In this document: positions 38,634-55,337 of the stretch, piece after piece
How the letters are laid out: each line of letters starts with the position of its first letter
How positions within the stretch are numbered: the stretch's first letter is position 1
Source: Parasitella parasitica NRRL 2501
Lineage: Eukaryota > Fungi > Mucoromycota
DNA: 64,000 bases
Assembly (NCBI GenBank): GCA_025201805.1
Contig: MU619261.1
Location: 65,593-129,592 of the forward strand
Reading direction: 5' to 3'
Made by a program: the position numbers and the translations under genes
The notes under the pieces: model-generated
Database searches by the model: none
What the model was told of the DNA's origin: nothing
Seen by the model: only the letters and a program-made list of their open reading frames with translations

Positions 38634-41600
38634 TTAGAAGGTATTGAGGATAGGCATTCGTTTTCTTCCATTTGTAGAGGAGCCTTTGACTTCTTTGCTA
38701 TCGATATGTGGAACGCCAATCTCATCACATTTACTCAGAGAGAGGCTTAATCTGACAGCCATACGATATTCAAAATCGTACTTTGTAAATGTCATTGCCA
38801 ATTGCCATAGCTTGCGACTCTTTTTGTAGTTTCCTAATCCCCAACTAGTGACGCCAGATTCTAGGTAGAAAAAAAAAAAAAAAAAAAAAAAAAAAGCATT
38901 AGATGTCTTGCAAATGATAACCGCCAAAACTTCTGTTCGTACCCCAATATGTAAATGGAACAACCCAATTTTCCTCTTTGATGCAGTCTTTGTGGTCGAG
39001 AATCCAATTTAAATGAGCAATAGTCTCATCATATCTACCTAGCGAGTTCTGCACGGACGCTTTAATCAACAACAAAACGGCTCTTTGATCATAGTAATCA
39101 GGGGGCGTTACGGTTGGCACGAGTTCCTTCAGTCGAATGTTGTATTCAATCTTTTCTCTTTCATAAATCAGCTCTAGTGTATGCTGAACTAGGTCTAGGC
39201 ACTTTTCAAGGCCTTCTTTCTCCATGTGCTCAAATGCATTCATCACCAGCAAAATCTCTAGTGCGGGCAAACTAAAATCCATATCTTGGTATCCACTCTT
39301 TTGGAAAAACGCTACTTTTTTAAGCACATAGGCATCTATATAAGTTTTTTTGTCGTTTGTGGGATCTTCAGCTAAAGCAGGGACCTCAGCAAATGCTAAA
39401 ATGGCTTCCATACGCTGGCCCATCATCTCGTAGCAGGTGCCCACAAAGTATTTGGAGAATGCAGGCGACCAGTAATTTTCGCGGCTTAGTTGCTCAAAGT
39501 ACTGGGCAGCGCCTTCCCAATTCAGTTCCAAAGCTAGATTAAAGCCGATCTCATAGTCTGACATTTGCTTCATGGCGACTTCTGCCCATTCTCCTCTGCT
39601 TGATTCAGCTGCAAATGTAAATGACTGGGTTGAGAGAGGCAAGTTCCGCGCCACTCGAGCTATGCGAGCCGCAAAGTACAAGAAGAAGCAGGAATTTGGG
39701 TGGTTGCTTTGTGCGTCTAGTAGGCATTCAATGGCAGGACTCATCATATCTTTGGTGAACAGCTGAGGGGCAAACGAGGTCAGCACCGAGTAGTAAGCTA
39801 ATAACCTATGATAAAATGTCAGCATTGCATAGCCAGCATCAGTTTCTTACCTACGTAAGCGATGCCAAGGGAGCACGAATGCCGCGCCCTTCGAGACATA
39901 ATTTGAGCAAGGCAAAGCCAAGCTGTTTGTCACTCTTCCACCCGAGAGCAGAAAAAATCTTGAGGATTTTGGGAGGCATGGATGATAAGATGAGATGAAC
40001 AGCGCCAATACCAAACTGAATAGCAGAGACAGTGTCGCAATCCATGTATTTCGTGTATTCTTGTCCCATCCTTTTGTACTCTTGCCAGACAATACCATAA
40101 CTGTTGTAGGCTACAGGTGGTGATTAGTAAAGTCCCGTGGGTAGAAATGAGATATCCTTACCTCTTCTTATGTTTAATCCGCATTTAAGATATCCAACAA
40201 CACTCTCTTGGGTCATTTGAAGAATGCCCATTAATAGGCAGCACTCTGCTTTCACAACATGGGCTCTTAATACACCGTTGGGGATGAATGCACTAGGATC
40301 AGAAGTACCGCCACTGCTGTTGGGCATCGACATGGCGGAAGGATTTGCTGGTAACCCTGTATTGTTGGAAGAGAGCAAGGACGTAAAGTACTGACTCACT
40401 GTATCTTTGAATGGCTTTTTGAATGAGGTGTTGTCTATTTGCGTCTTGGCTATAGTATATGCGGTTGCTAGTGCACTCATGGCTATCTCAATATCTGAAT
40501 CATGGTATGTCTGCAAAAAGGTGGTTAGTAATTGCTTGTGAGTGCTGGTTCGATATGGATTACCATGATTGCTATTTAAAAAGAAGGTGAGTATATACAT
40601 CCAAGGGTATAATTTGCTCAAATTCTTCGCCTACCTTTGATGAACGCCATTGCACCGAGCCCCAATGCATACAGAGGATCACTAAAAGTCCTTGTCAGTG
40701 TTCCACATCTCTATTAACAAATAACCGCACTTACACGCTAGCTTTGGTCTGAAAAGCGTACTTTGCCTTCATAAATTTGTTGTCAAACAAATACTTTATT
40801 CCTTCTCGCACAGGTTCATCTAAAGCCCAGTTGTTAACAGCTCGAATAAGTCTGTATTCTGTATGCTTACTTGCCTGCTTTTTCTTGCTCGTAAGGCTTT
40901 AGATTATTAGCCGGAATGTCTTTGGGGTCTATTGCTTTAATAGATATGACATTATCCCTGAACATGTCCAAGTCAATTGGCTCCTCGATTGGGTACTCAA
41001 ACTCTGTGCTGTACTTTGCACGGTCGTAATCCTCTGGCGAAATATGATCATCTGCCTCAGCTACTCTTGGTTTTTCAGTAATGACATGTTTCGCTGACTC
41101 CTCCACAGCAGGTAGAATGGCAGCCAAATGATTGAACGCTGGTTTTTCAGCTTCAGATTCTTCTTGGCTTATTGTAAGGGTTGATTCCGCTGTAGTTGAC
41201 GTATCGTGAGATGATCTGGTCGTTGCGGATTGCTGGTGAGTCTTTGTATCTTTGTCGGTGTGATCTATGTTTGGTTCTTCACGAGTGCCTTGAATAGTCT
41301 CATCCTCAATCATAGTAATGGGAATCACAGCAGCTTGTGTTTCCATTGCGGGAGGTGTAGCTTCGTTCTCCTCTTTGTGCTCTGGTTGTTCTGCTGTCGT
41401 GAGAATTCCAACAACAACTGATTGTTTGAGGGGCTCCTCAGAAATCTCAGCGATAGGTTCGGGAGGAACATATGAATTCTCGGCTGGAATGGGTTCATAT
41501 GTTGCGGGTCTTTCAGGAACAGATTCTTCCACGGCAAAGCTCTCTGCTTTTGCAGGAGTATTGATAGGTGCCGAAACTACTTCCAGTGCTTCAACCACAG

Positions 41601-42211
41601 CAACAAGATCAGATGAAGGTGGAGGAGATCCATTCTGCTCCTCCTTCACTTCTGCATCCTCTTGTTTCTCGTTTTCCTGGGGATCCATTAACGAAGCGTT
41701 GTCTCCTTCATCGTCATCATCCGAAAGTCCATGATTTTGTAAGGCTGGTAAGATGACTGACATCCGGGTGGGATTGTTCTTGTTTGGCGGCTCTGCCTCC
41801 TCAACTGCTTGTTCTTGTCCGTCGTCATTGTTTGTTGTATTATGTCTTTTATCTCGGGCAATAGCCATCTTTTTCATCTTTTCAACCTCTTTTCTCCTCT
41901 CGTCTTCCATAGGGTCTTCGTCTTGGAAATAGTTGTCGTCTTCGTCTTCGTCCTCTTCCTCTTCCTCACTTAGGGCATCTTCAAAATTATCGCTTGTCAA
42001 AGAAGATGATCGAGATCTGCTTACGATGTCTTTTGATTTCTATAAAAGTTGTTAATCATGATGTCTCAGAGCACTGTTGTGTTTTGTAAATCACCTTTGA
42101 TTCGGCAGTCTTGCGCGACTCTTGAGATGCAATGGAGGCGGGTTTGTCTTCATCAGTTGCCTTTTTTTGAATACCTTTCCAAGCAGTCTTTTTGTTTGAG
42201 CCTTTCGCCAT
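38634..42211 (-). CDS. Iml2/TTC39-family TPR protein with a long acidic low-complexity N-terminus, multi-exon
   Basis: AHVVKAECCLL..GYLKCGLNIRRAY, FGIGAVHLILSSMPPKILKIFSALGW, WVVPFTYW, YDFEYRMAVRL motifs. Confidence 0.8.
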
Positions 42212-42705
42212 CTGATTGTGTGGATTGTGTTGGTAGATTGATTGATTTTTGGGCTACTTTTTTAAAAGAAGAAGAAATAGAAAGAAAAAAAAAAAAACAA
42301 AGGAGGAATATTTTTACTTTGTAAAGCTTAAATGGTATAATTTGTGTGCACATGAAATAAATTGCTTTGTGTTGCACAGTTTGTAAATTAAACGGAATAC
42401 AGATTTCTATATAGTTGTTATGACTATGTAATGTCTTGAGAGCTTGTTTACCACAGGGGCGGAAAGGAGATTCAGCATATGCTTAGATTAAATGTCTCCT
42501 TAAACCCTGGCTTGAGTTATTGGGTATAGATCATTACGACTGATGGGATAAGGCTATCATATGATAAATTGATCCATTTCAAAACTCGGAACTTCAAGTC
42601 CTGAAACGCCATCCACCACAATTGCGATGCTTGCATGAGTATAAAAATTCGCTTTGTTTCTTGTCTTCCTTTTACTTTTAAACATAACACCTCGAGATAT
42701 TAAAT

Positions 42706-44039
42706 ATGCCACAGAATAATCAGACAAAGCTTGTTATCCTGGGAGGCGGTGCAGCAGGATTGATGGTTGCTATGCAACTTGCAAAAACAAAATACCTCGA
42801 AATCACATTGATTGATAGTAAAGTAGGGTTGCTCGAACTGTGGGTCATCCTATAAGAGTAGCTGTTTAACGCTTGTATAGTCTTTTTATGAATACACTCC
42901 GGCTCTCTGCTCTGTTCTATTTGAACCTACAGATAAAGCATTTGAAAGACACTTTGATAGCATCACTTTTGACTATGCACCTTATCTGGCCAGCCTTAAA
43001 ATCAAGTTTATTCTCGGCAAGATTGCTTCCGTCAAAGAAGGAAAGGGTATATATTTATTAAGCAATATTGATGTAATATTTGTTTAAAAGGCAAATAGTT
43101 AATTTGGTAGGTCAATCACAAGCAGTAGAGTACGACTATGCTGTTATATGTACAGGATCAAGCTACGCCGATCCATGGAAAACAGCCCCATCCGAAGATG
43201 GCAATACTCTGGATGCTGCAGCAAGACTCGATTTTTTGCGTCAACACAGACAAAATTACCAAGCATCTCAGGATATCCTTTGCATTGGCGGCGGGCCTGT
43301 TGGCGTTGAAACTGCTACCGAAATAGCCTGCCGATCACCCACCAAGAAGATTACCTTGATAGACTCCAACGAAACAGTGCTTGCTAGTGCACCTGCCAAT
43401 TTAGGTCAACACGCACAAACCATTATTGATGCAAAACCTTCCATCCGCAGTATTCACAACGAACGAGCCTATGAAAAGGGGAAAAGAGGAGACAAGTCGA
43501 TTTATGAGACAAATCAATCTCACACTATTATTGATGCACATCTTGTATACAACTGTATAGGCACAACTCCCAATTCCACTTTCTTGGATGGCGCCTGGTT
43601 GGACAACAAGAAACAAGTAATTGTAGACGATACACTTAAAGTCCATGGGACCGCAAATTTGTTTGCTGTAGGCGATGTAAATTCTGTACGGGAGCCCAAG
43701 ATGTTCTACACGGCGCATATGCAGGCTGTTCATTTTGCTAAAAACATGCGTCGTATTCTCAAGAATACAGCCCGAGAAGAGCTACTTCTTCCATACCAAG
43801 GCTCGAAAATAAACATGGTGGTATCTTTGGGACCTTCGCATGCTGTGGCCCATGTTTCTGGTATCAACTTGACCGGCTGGCCTTTTGGGACTAAACACGG
43901 TAGTCGAATTGCAGCCTTAACAAAGTATTTTATTGAGCGCATTACAATGGACGATCTTGGGTTAAAGATTCCTGTGAATAAGCTGTTATATTACACTCAA
44001 GAAAAAGGACATGGAGGTCTTCATCTGCATTCATCTTGA
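42706..44039 (+). CDS. AIF/AMID (FSP1)-like pyridine nucleotide-disulfide oxidoreductase
   Basis: VILGGGAAG (FAD), YDYAVICTGS, IGGGPVGVETATEI (NAD), LFAVGDV. Confidence 0.88.
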
Positions 44040-44227
44040 ATACAATTTAGTTTTTTTTTTACGCTTAATAAACCATGCAAATCCCAAATATCATTGAACA
44101 TGTACATGTACAATCAATATGAAATCGCGCCTACTAGCTGGTTTTTTGTGCCCAGTTAAAATCCAGAATTAGCATTTGAAATAGGGAATTTATTGTGTTC
44201 TTTTTAATCATATTATCTTTTTGAAAA

Positions 44228-45931
44228 ATGAACAATCCGGCAGCACAGAGCACACTATCTGTTCTATCACTCAATTGTTGGTAAGTCAGAGTGAAATCAC
44301 TCACATGCATTAGCTTGAATACATGATGAACAAATATTTGCAAAGGGGCCTAAATATTGTTGCCAAAAAGCGTAAATTTCGACTTGCAGCTATTGCCGAC
44401 CGCGTGAGCCAAGAAGAATATGACATTGTAGCCTTACAAGAAGTTTGGATGTGGCAAGACTTTGACTACATCAAAGAAAAGTCTCGAGACTCATTACCTT
44501 TTACAAAATACTTTCATAGGCAGGTATATAAATATATAAATATATGTATTTGTATCAAAAGCCCTCTTAAGGCAGCTTGTATTGATTGCTTATTATCATA
44601 GTGGAACGCTTGGCAGTGGATTAGTCATTTTATCTCGCTTCCCAATTTTATCATCATCATACCTGAAATTCACCTTGGCTGGCAAGCCATTAAAGATATT
44701 CCAGGGAGATTTTTATGTTGGAAAAGGTTGTGGTTCTGTATGCATTGATCATCCTGAAATCGGACTAATGGATGTCTACACAACGCATGTATGCATATGA
44801 ATTGTAATGTTCGCTGCGCACTCGATACTGATACATGTCTTTATGCAGTTGCAAGCTAGTTATGGAAATCACGATGATTATGAGGCACAAAGGATAACTG
44901 AGTGCTGGCAAATAGCCAATAGCGTAAGATCATCAGCTGCCCAAGGTAGACATATTATTCTGGTGAGTCCATAATGGGGACAAAGTGACAAACAGACCAT
45001 TCACATAATTCAGGCTGGTGATTTTAATAGTATTCCTACCAGCTACTGCTACCAAATACTCAAAAACCATGCATTTATGGCAGATTCGTGGCTGGAATTG
45101 CACAAGGATACAATGGCAGACAGTCTTGACCAACTCAAGAGAAACCAATTGACCGCTTCCGAATGTATACAATTATTTGGAATAACATGCGATTCTCCGT
45201 TAGATACATGGACTAAGCATTTACTGAAGCAGCAGCCATACGCTAAAGACGTTGGCGATAGACTGGACTATATCTTTTACAGACGTACACCAGAAATCAA
45301 ATGCCAGCAATCCAAAGTGTCCTTTGAAGAATACATACCAGATACACAGATGAGTTTTTCTGACCACTTTGCTGTTCACTCCACATTCACTATATCTGCA
45401 AAAGCAAACAGTGCATTTGAAAACGATTATGCACCTGTTCCAAAGCAAATTGCCAGACCTGATTACACAAAAATATTACCAGAAACTCTCCATCCCATCA
45501 TTCGCATCCTGGAAAGAGATCTGCTAAGGGCCACATCAACAGCAAACAGTCTGCTATTTCTCTTTGCCCTTTCAAATGTCACTGTGTTTGGTTTATATGC
45601 TTCTCAAATTGCAATCCCAGTCTATTTTACAAATCAACCTCAAATTGCGGTGATATCAAGCGTTGTTTGTGGATCGCTCATCATTATTCTCTCAGTTATT
45701 AGCGTTGTGTCACTCATAGTAGGATTTGTATTCGGGAGAAACGAACAACGGTCTTTACGGCAGTATTTGATTGATATAAATGTATGTTTGGATAACTTAC
45801 AAGAGACAAATGGAAGAAGTGGGTCTATCACGGCAGCAGCAGCAGCAGCAGCAGCATCTGCTTCGAGTATGCATTCATGTTCTACATCGGATGGACTAGT
45901 CATCAAACACATCGGCATCAATAGAAAATAA
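44228..45931 (+). CDS. ISC1: Inositol phosphosphingolipid phospholipase C / neutral sphingomyelinase
   Basis: SLNCWGL, VALQEVW, GSGLVILSRFP, AGDFNS, RLDYIFY, SDHFAV; two C-terminal TM helices. Confidence 0.9.
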
Positions 45932-45942
45932 ACCTTCATATT

Positions 45943-48882
<2,940 letters not shown>

Positions 48883-50744
48883 GAATAATTTTGTTAATGA
48901 AAAACAAAACAAAAAAAAGCAAAAAAAAAAAAAGCAACTCATTTGGTTTATATAGTCACTTGCTCTGTACAATCCACCGCGTTTTCATAGCTAATCTCAA
49001 GATGTACTTTACACAATACACTTTAAAAAAAAAACTTCCCATATTGTACATAGTATAGATCAAGTAATTATACTATTGAACTTGAAAAGAATATTTCAGT
49101 GATTACATTGATTGCTCCTAATGCAGACATGTTGTTGAACAATCCATTTGAAAGGTGTTCTTCATATCGCATCCGTACTGGGCTTGATGCTTACACCTCA
49201 AAAAAAGAATAATAAAAATGTGGTGGAGCGCTGAATATCATTTTTTATGGTAATTGTGCACTCCCACTTTGAATTTAATGAAAGATTTAATTGATCATGT
49301 ATGCGATGACACCATCGTGGTATTATGATGCATATAAAATGTATGACAAGAGGGAGACTCAAAGTAATAGTATAGGCCATGCGAACGCATCTCTCTACAT
49401 GACAATATAAAGTTCAATTTAGCTTTTATCTTAAAAGATAGACAGTGTGTACACATAATAGCACATATAATATCCACGTTTTATACATCGATCATCCTTT
49501 CATGCGATATAGGATCTTGAGTTACCACATTTGTTGGTTCTACGAGTGCATTAGCTGGATGTGGAGGAGTATCTGTTTTTGGAAAACTTTCTGCATTTGG
49601 TGTGGCAGCTGTATTTGTACAAACTTTACCATTCGGCTCAATAAGCGCATTAGGTACTGTAGTAATTTAGCGTTTGGATCTACAAGCACTTTGGGTAGCG
49701 GATCAGTATTGGGCACAGCAACGTCAACTTCTGCTTTTGGTGGATCAGCATAATGTAAAATATAACAAAGGGGTTTAATATTCAAGACTTGTGGAGTATA
49801 TCAGGACTAACCATGAGACCTTGTACAAGAAGCTTTGAAATAACCGTGATATAACAATTAACAATGTTGCGAGAAATTTTTCGTTCTTCGACTTCTCTCC
49901 TTCTAATGACACGCCACTCATTGTTCTTCTCATCATCGCGCCATACTTGATGAAGGCGACCTTTTTAAAAAATTATTGTTCTTTTAATAATGATATGATC
50001 GTGGCCCAAATATTATGTAGCTTTCAAAAAGCCTTTATTTTGCTACGACGAATACACCAACATTTTGAGGTATCAATTCTAAAATCCGGATGCCATTATA
50101 ATACGGATCCCATATCAAAGAATAAAACATCGGATCTTTAAATAATATATTTTCCATATGATAAATCTGAACATGACATGACATATGAGATAGTTTACAA
50201 TCTATCCCATCTCCCATATACCATCACTTGAATTTTTATCTTTACATTGCTTCACTCAGTTTGTAGAAAGTATAAATCACTTTATTTTAGAATATAATAA
50301 ATGGATCTTTACTTTGATTTAAGGATTCAATTTTTAGATGAAGGTTTTTCAGATATAGCAATTGATCCAGCTTTATTGTAGTATTAATATTTGTTAATAT
50401 AGATAATTTAAATGACATTTACCGATTCCAATTTTTGGCTAATTAATAAGTTGCTTTTTTGAAGAAAGAGATGGAGTGATAGGTTGTGTTTTTAGATTAT
50501 TTATATATATATAAATATGGTAAAGCAATGGCAATTTCATTAGTTCAGTAATTCTCAAGTACTCAGTTTAATCTGTTTAACCTGTTTCCTATCTCATAAA
50601 TATCACTTGCGTGTGCTGCTATTTTCGAGTAGAATACAGGATAGATATCTGCTGTAGATTTTTTAGTATGTGTTAAGAAAAAAAATAATAAAACGTTCAT
50701 AATTTGTTTTTTTTATTTTTTTATTATTATTATTTAAAACATCT

Positions 50745-52296
50745 CTAAGCTGTAGAGCCCAAGACACCCATCTTTTCCAATGAGCGAGAGCCCATTTCCT
50801 CCCATTCTTGTTTAGTAACCCACCAACTATCCTTATCCTTCATGATATCAGCAAGCACAGCGCCACCGAGATATACCATATGTTTACGTCTAGGAGGATC
50901 CTCGATACGGATTTTAAATTTCTATATGAAAGGGTTACTTTTACAAAATCAAAGATATGCAAACTGTCCACCCACATTTAATCGACTTGCATCACCGTTT
51001 AATACATTTGTAAGATAGAGTTGCTTCATTTCTTTTTCTAGACGACTGGGTAAACCAGGATACATGGTTGAACCACCAGAAAGAACAATATGTTTATAAA
51101 GATCAGCACGAATGTCAATATCAGCAGATTGGATTGTGTTGAAGAGCATTTCTATAATTCATTTTAGCTTTGCACTTTTTTTTTCCTTCGTTCTAAATTT
51201 ACCAGCCATGCCAGGTGCTTCGACATCAATCAAATTAGGTTGGAATAAACACTCGGGAGCTTCGAAACGTTCAGATCCCACCTTGATAACACGACCATCC
51301 GGAAGCTCGTAGCTTTCGACTAATGTTGTTGTCTCATTACCTAATTTTTGATCTAATTCGAGATCGTAACTAGATGCGTGATATCAATAGGGCTGTCCTT
51401 GGGTTGGGTGTGATCATTCATGAATATCTCTCTACCTGACATAACTGAATTTCTCTTTAATTTGACGAACAGTTTCAAAATCAGCGGTACGATTGAATGC
51501 ATAACCTCGCAAAAGTAATAATTTGATCAAATATCTTGTAACATGACGGCCAGCAACATCAAGACGACGTGTCAAATTAGCAGGCGCATATCCTTGATAA
51601 ACAGGCACCTACATATGCAAATCGCATGAGTTTCAAAGGTAAGTCTTGGCTTTTTTTTTAATCAAAGATGTCTACTCACAATATGTGTAACACCGTCACC
51701 AGAATCCACAACTACACCAGACATAAGGCCTAATATGCATATAAAAAACTAAATAAACTACCACAGCGCACGCATAATTATAAAGCGTCAACAAACCTTG
51801 CGCGAAAAGAGTCAGTACAGCTTGAATAGCTACATAAATACCCTGGAATCCGTACTCTTCAAACATAATTTGGGCCATTTTTTCACGATTCTGCTTGGGA
51901 TTCATGGGAGCTTCGGTTAACAAAATCTTTGAATCTCTTGGATCAATCTTGAGCTGTTCATCGAAGGTGTAGTTCCATAAGTGGCGCATATCTTCCCAGT
52001 TACGAATGATACCATTTTCCATAGGATAAGACATTTGTAGGATGTTTCTGAGCTGAGCAGCTTCCTCGCCGACCATAATGTCTTTTACTTGAAGGTTGCC
52101 AACTCGCTCTTCAGCACGCAAGATGGGTCGACCGACAACACTAGGAAATACATGCTCAGGAAAGTTGGAGCCTGCATAACCGCACTTGACAAACTAGCAA
52201 AGAACGCGTTTTAAAAGTTTGGTTGAATATTAGCTATTTAGCATGTTCACTTACACCTGTACCGTTATCTACAACAAGTGTATTTGTGGCATTCAT
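50745..52296 (-). CDS. ARP2: Actin-related protein 2, multi-exon
   Basis: [63 protein letters not shown]. Confidence 0.95.
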
Positions 52297-53051
52297 TTTC
52301 AAAGTAGAAATTGAGAAGAAGAAGAAGAAAAAAAAAAAAAAAAGAAGATGAATGTGTGAGTGGCCCCACTAGGCAAGAAGCAAATTAATATGTTGGCAAT
52401 ACAATAATTGAAGCTCCATTTCAGCTTTTTGAATGGTTTCTTAAATTTCCGCATCATATATACCAAATTACGTCAATGGGTAATGACAAGATGAGACACT
52501 GTATTGTTACGACAAAAGAAAGAATTTGTGCCTGGTTCGTGTTATTGTTAAATAAAGATTTTAATGACGGCAAGAGTGAATATACATTTTAGTAATTTTT
52601 TGTCTGTGTCAACGATACTGAATGTTTGTATGCGACTCTTGTATACAAAAAACGAGCGAAATAATCGTATATCTATATGAAGCTTGCATAATGAGCTTCT
52701 TGAACATGTCACCATGGCAACCTTTTAATCCATGGAATGCGTAAGATATGATAGGCAATGAGTGCTTTGAATTAGGATTGACAAAACAGTCTGATTATCG
52801 CTAATATTTATCTGATTTTTGGCGCATTGCTAGTAGAATGAATCGATGGGATGGCCTGAACCTATTTATCAGATTGGAAGCATCTTCTTTAAATTCATGA
52901 CGTAGACAACAACAAGATGTTTAGAGCCCCACCCCCCTCCCCTTCAATTCAAAGACCCCTCGAAAAATTCTGGGGAAGCTAAAAACGTTAAATAGATTGC
53001 AAAGGAGGGATAGTCTTCACTCTTTCTTGTTTTAAACATTATCTTACAACA

Positions 53052-53260
53052 ATGCTTAGAAACGTTGCTCGTATCGCCCGTCCTTTAGCTGTTCGTAGCT
53101 TGGCTCCTGCAGTAAGCATTCACAGAAACAAAGAAACAGAGAAAAATGTGATTGCAAAAAGATTCCATCTCGTATTATTAGCCACCACATCCCAGAAGAA
53201 AAAAAAAAAAATCCAACTTACACTAAAGACCAACACATGGTTACCAACACACATCCGCAG

Positions 53261-53291
<31 letters not shown>

Positions 53292-55192
53292 CATTCGCTT
53301 ACTGCAATTTTCATTTATGACATTTGGCAGGGGAAATATCCATACATTTTGCTAGACATCTTGGTTCTGCTACAACCCAATTCATTAATAATGTGGAATT
53401 TATAATGATACGAGATGGACTTTTTGATCATATTTTTTTTTGCCTCTGTAAACAATTGCAGTCAACTAATTTCTTCTTTTAGGCCCGTCTTAATCTCGGT
53501 GCTATTGCTACTGCCGCTCGTGGTTATGCTTCTGCCAAGCCTTCCACTTCTGAAGTCTCTTCTATCCTTGAACAACGTATCTTGGGCGCCAACTCTGAAG
53601 TCGACCTTCAAGAAACTGGTCGTGTCTTGTCCATTGGTGATGGTATTGCTCGTGTCTACGGTCTCAAAAATTGTCAGGCTGAAGAGATGGTTGAATTCTC
53701 CAGTGGTCTCAAGGTAAATATCACCGTTTTTTCAATGTTTAATTGGAAAAAAAAACTCAATCAATTGGCTTGTAGGGTATGGCTCTTAACTTGGAAGCTG
53801 ATAACGTCGGTATTGTCGTTTTCGGTAACGATCGTTTGATCAAGGAAGGTGATACTGTCAAGCGTACTGGTGCTATTGTCGATGTCCCAATTGGCCCTGG
53901 TATCCTTGGTCGTGTTGTTGATGCTCTTGGTAACCCCATCGATGGTAAGGGCCCTCTTGACACTGTTGGCCGTTCTCGTGTCCAAGTCAAGGCTCCTGGT
54001 ATTTTGCCCCGTCACTCTGTTAACGAGCCTATGCAAACTGGTATCAAATCCGTTGATTCCATGGTCCCTATCGGTCGTGGTCAGCGTGAATTGATTATTG
54101 GTGATCGTCAAACTGGTAAGACTGCTGTTGCCCTCGATACCATTTTGAACCAAAAGAACTGGAACAACGGTTCCGATGAGGCCAAGAAGTTGTACTGTAT
54201 CTACGTTGCTGTTGGCCAAAAGCGTTCTACTGTTGCTCAACTTGTAAGAACTCTCGAAGAGAATGGTGAGGATATTCTTTTTTTCTTTTGATGTATTGTT
54301 ATTGACGTCAGAACTAACGTCGTGTCGATTAGATGCCATGAAGTACACCATTGTTGTTGCTGCCACCGCCTCTGAAGCTGCTCCTCTTCAATACCTTGCT
54401 CCTTTCTCTGGTGCTGCTTTTGGTGAGTGGTTCCGTGACAACGGTCGCCACTCTTTGATCATCTATGACGATTTGTCCAAGCAAGCCGTTGCTTACCGTC
54501 AAATGTCCCTTTTGCTTCGTCGTCCTCCTGGTCGTGAAGCTTACCCTGGTGATGTTTTCTACCTTCACTCTCGTCTTTTGGAACGTGCTGCCAAGATGAA
54601 CAAGAACTTTGGCTATGGCTCCATGACCGCTCTTCCCATCATCGAAACCCAAGGTGGTGATGTCTCTGCTTATATTCCCACTAACGTCATCTCCATCACT
54701 GATGGCCAAATTTTCTTGGAAGCTGAACTCTTCTTCAAGGGTATCCGTCCCGCAATTAACGTCGGTCTTTCCGTCTCTCGTGTCGGTTCCGCTGCCCAAA
54801 CCAAGGCTATGAAGCAAGTTGCTGGTTCCATGAAGCTTTTCTTGGCCCAGTATCGTGAAGTCGCCGCCTTTGCTCAATTCGGTTCTGATTTGGATGCCTC
54901 CACCCAATTCTTGTTGAACCGTGGTGCCCGTCTCACTGAATTGCTGAAGCAACCTCAATACTCTCCCTTGTCTATCCAAGCTCAAGTCCCCATCATCTTT
55001 GCTGGTGTCAACGGTTTCCTTGATAAGATCCCCGTCAACAAGGTTGTCGACTGGGAAAAGGACTTTATTAGCCACGTTGCTACTCAACACAGCGATGTCC
55101 TTGAGGAAATCCGTACCAAGGGTGTCATCTCCAAGGAGCTCGAGACCAAGCTCCGTGATGTTTGCGATAACCATGCCAAGGGTTTCTATTAA
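53052..55192 (+). CDS. ATP1: Mitochondrial F1 ATP synthase alpha subunit, multi-exon
   Basis: [48 protein letters not shown]. Confidence 0.97.
53260..53287. repeat. (TA)n microsatellite in ATP1 intron 1
   Basis: About 14 TA units visible. Confidence 0.9.
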
Positions 55193-55337
55193 TTTATAAT
55201 GTGATGACCAATCTTTTTTTCCCTCGTAACTATGTAAAAAGAGATGAGGTATGAAAGAAAAGAAAGAGAAGATAAAAAAAAAAAGCAACTCTACACTTTG
55301 TTACAAGATTAAAACCATAATAAACTTTTTGATTTTA

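Noticed and set aside
45832-45857. (GCA)n run encoding poly-Ala in ISC1
   Set aside because: Ordinary coding microsatellite.
49190-49944. Minus-strand Pro/Cys-containing ORF fragments suggesting a decayed gene
   Set aside because: Frames are broken and I could not build a consistent model or recognise a family.
54329-55288. 319-aa minus-strand ORF
   Set aside because: Antisense shadow of the highly biased ATP1 coding sequence.
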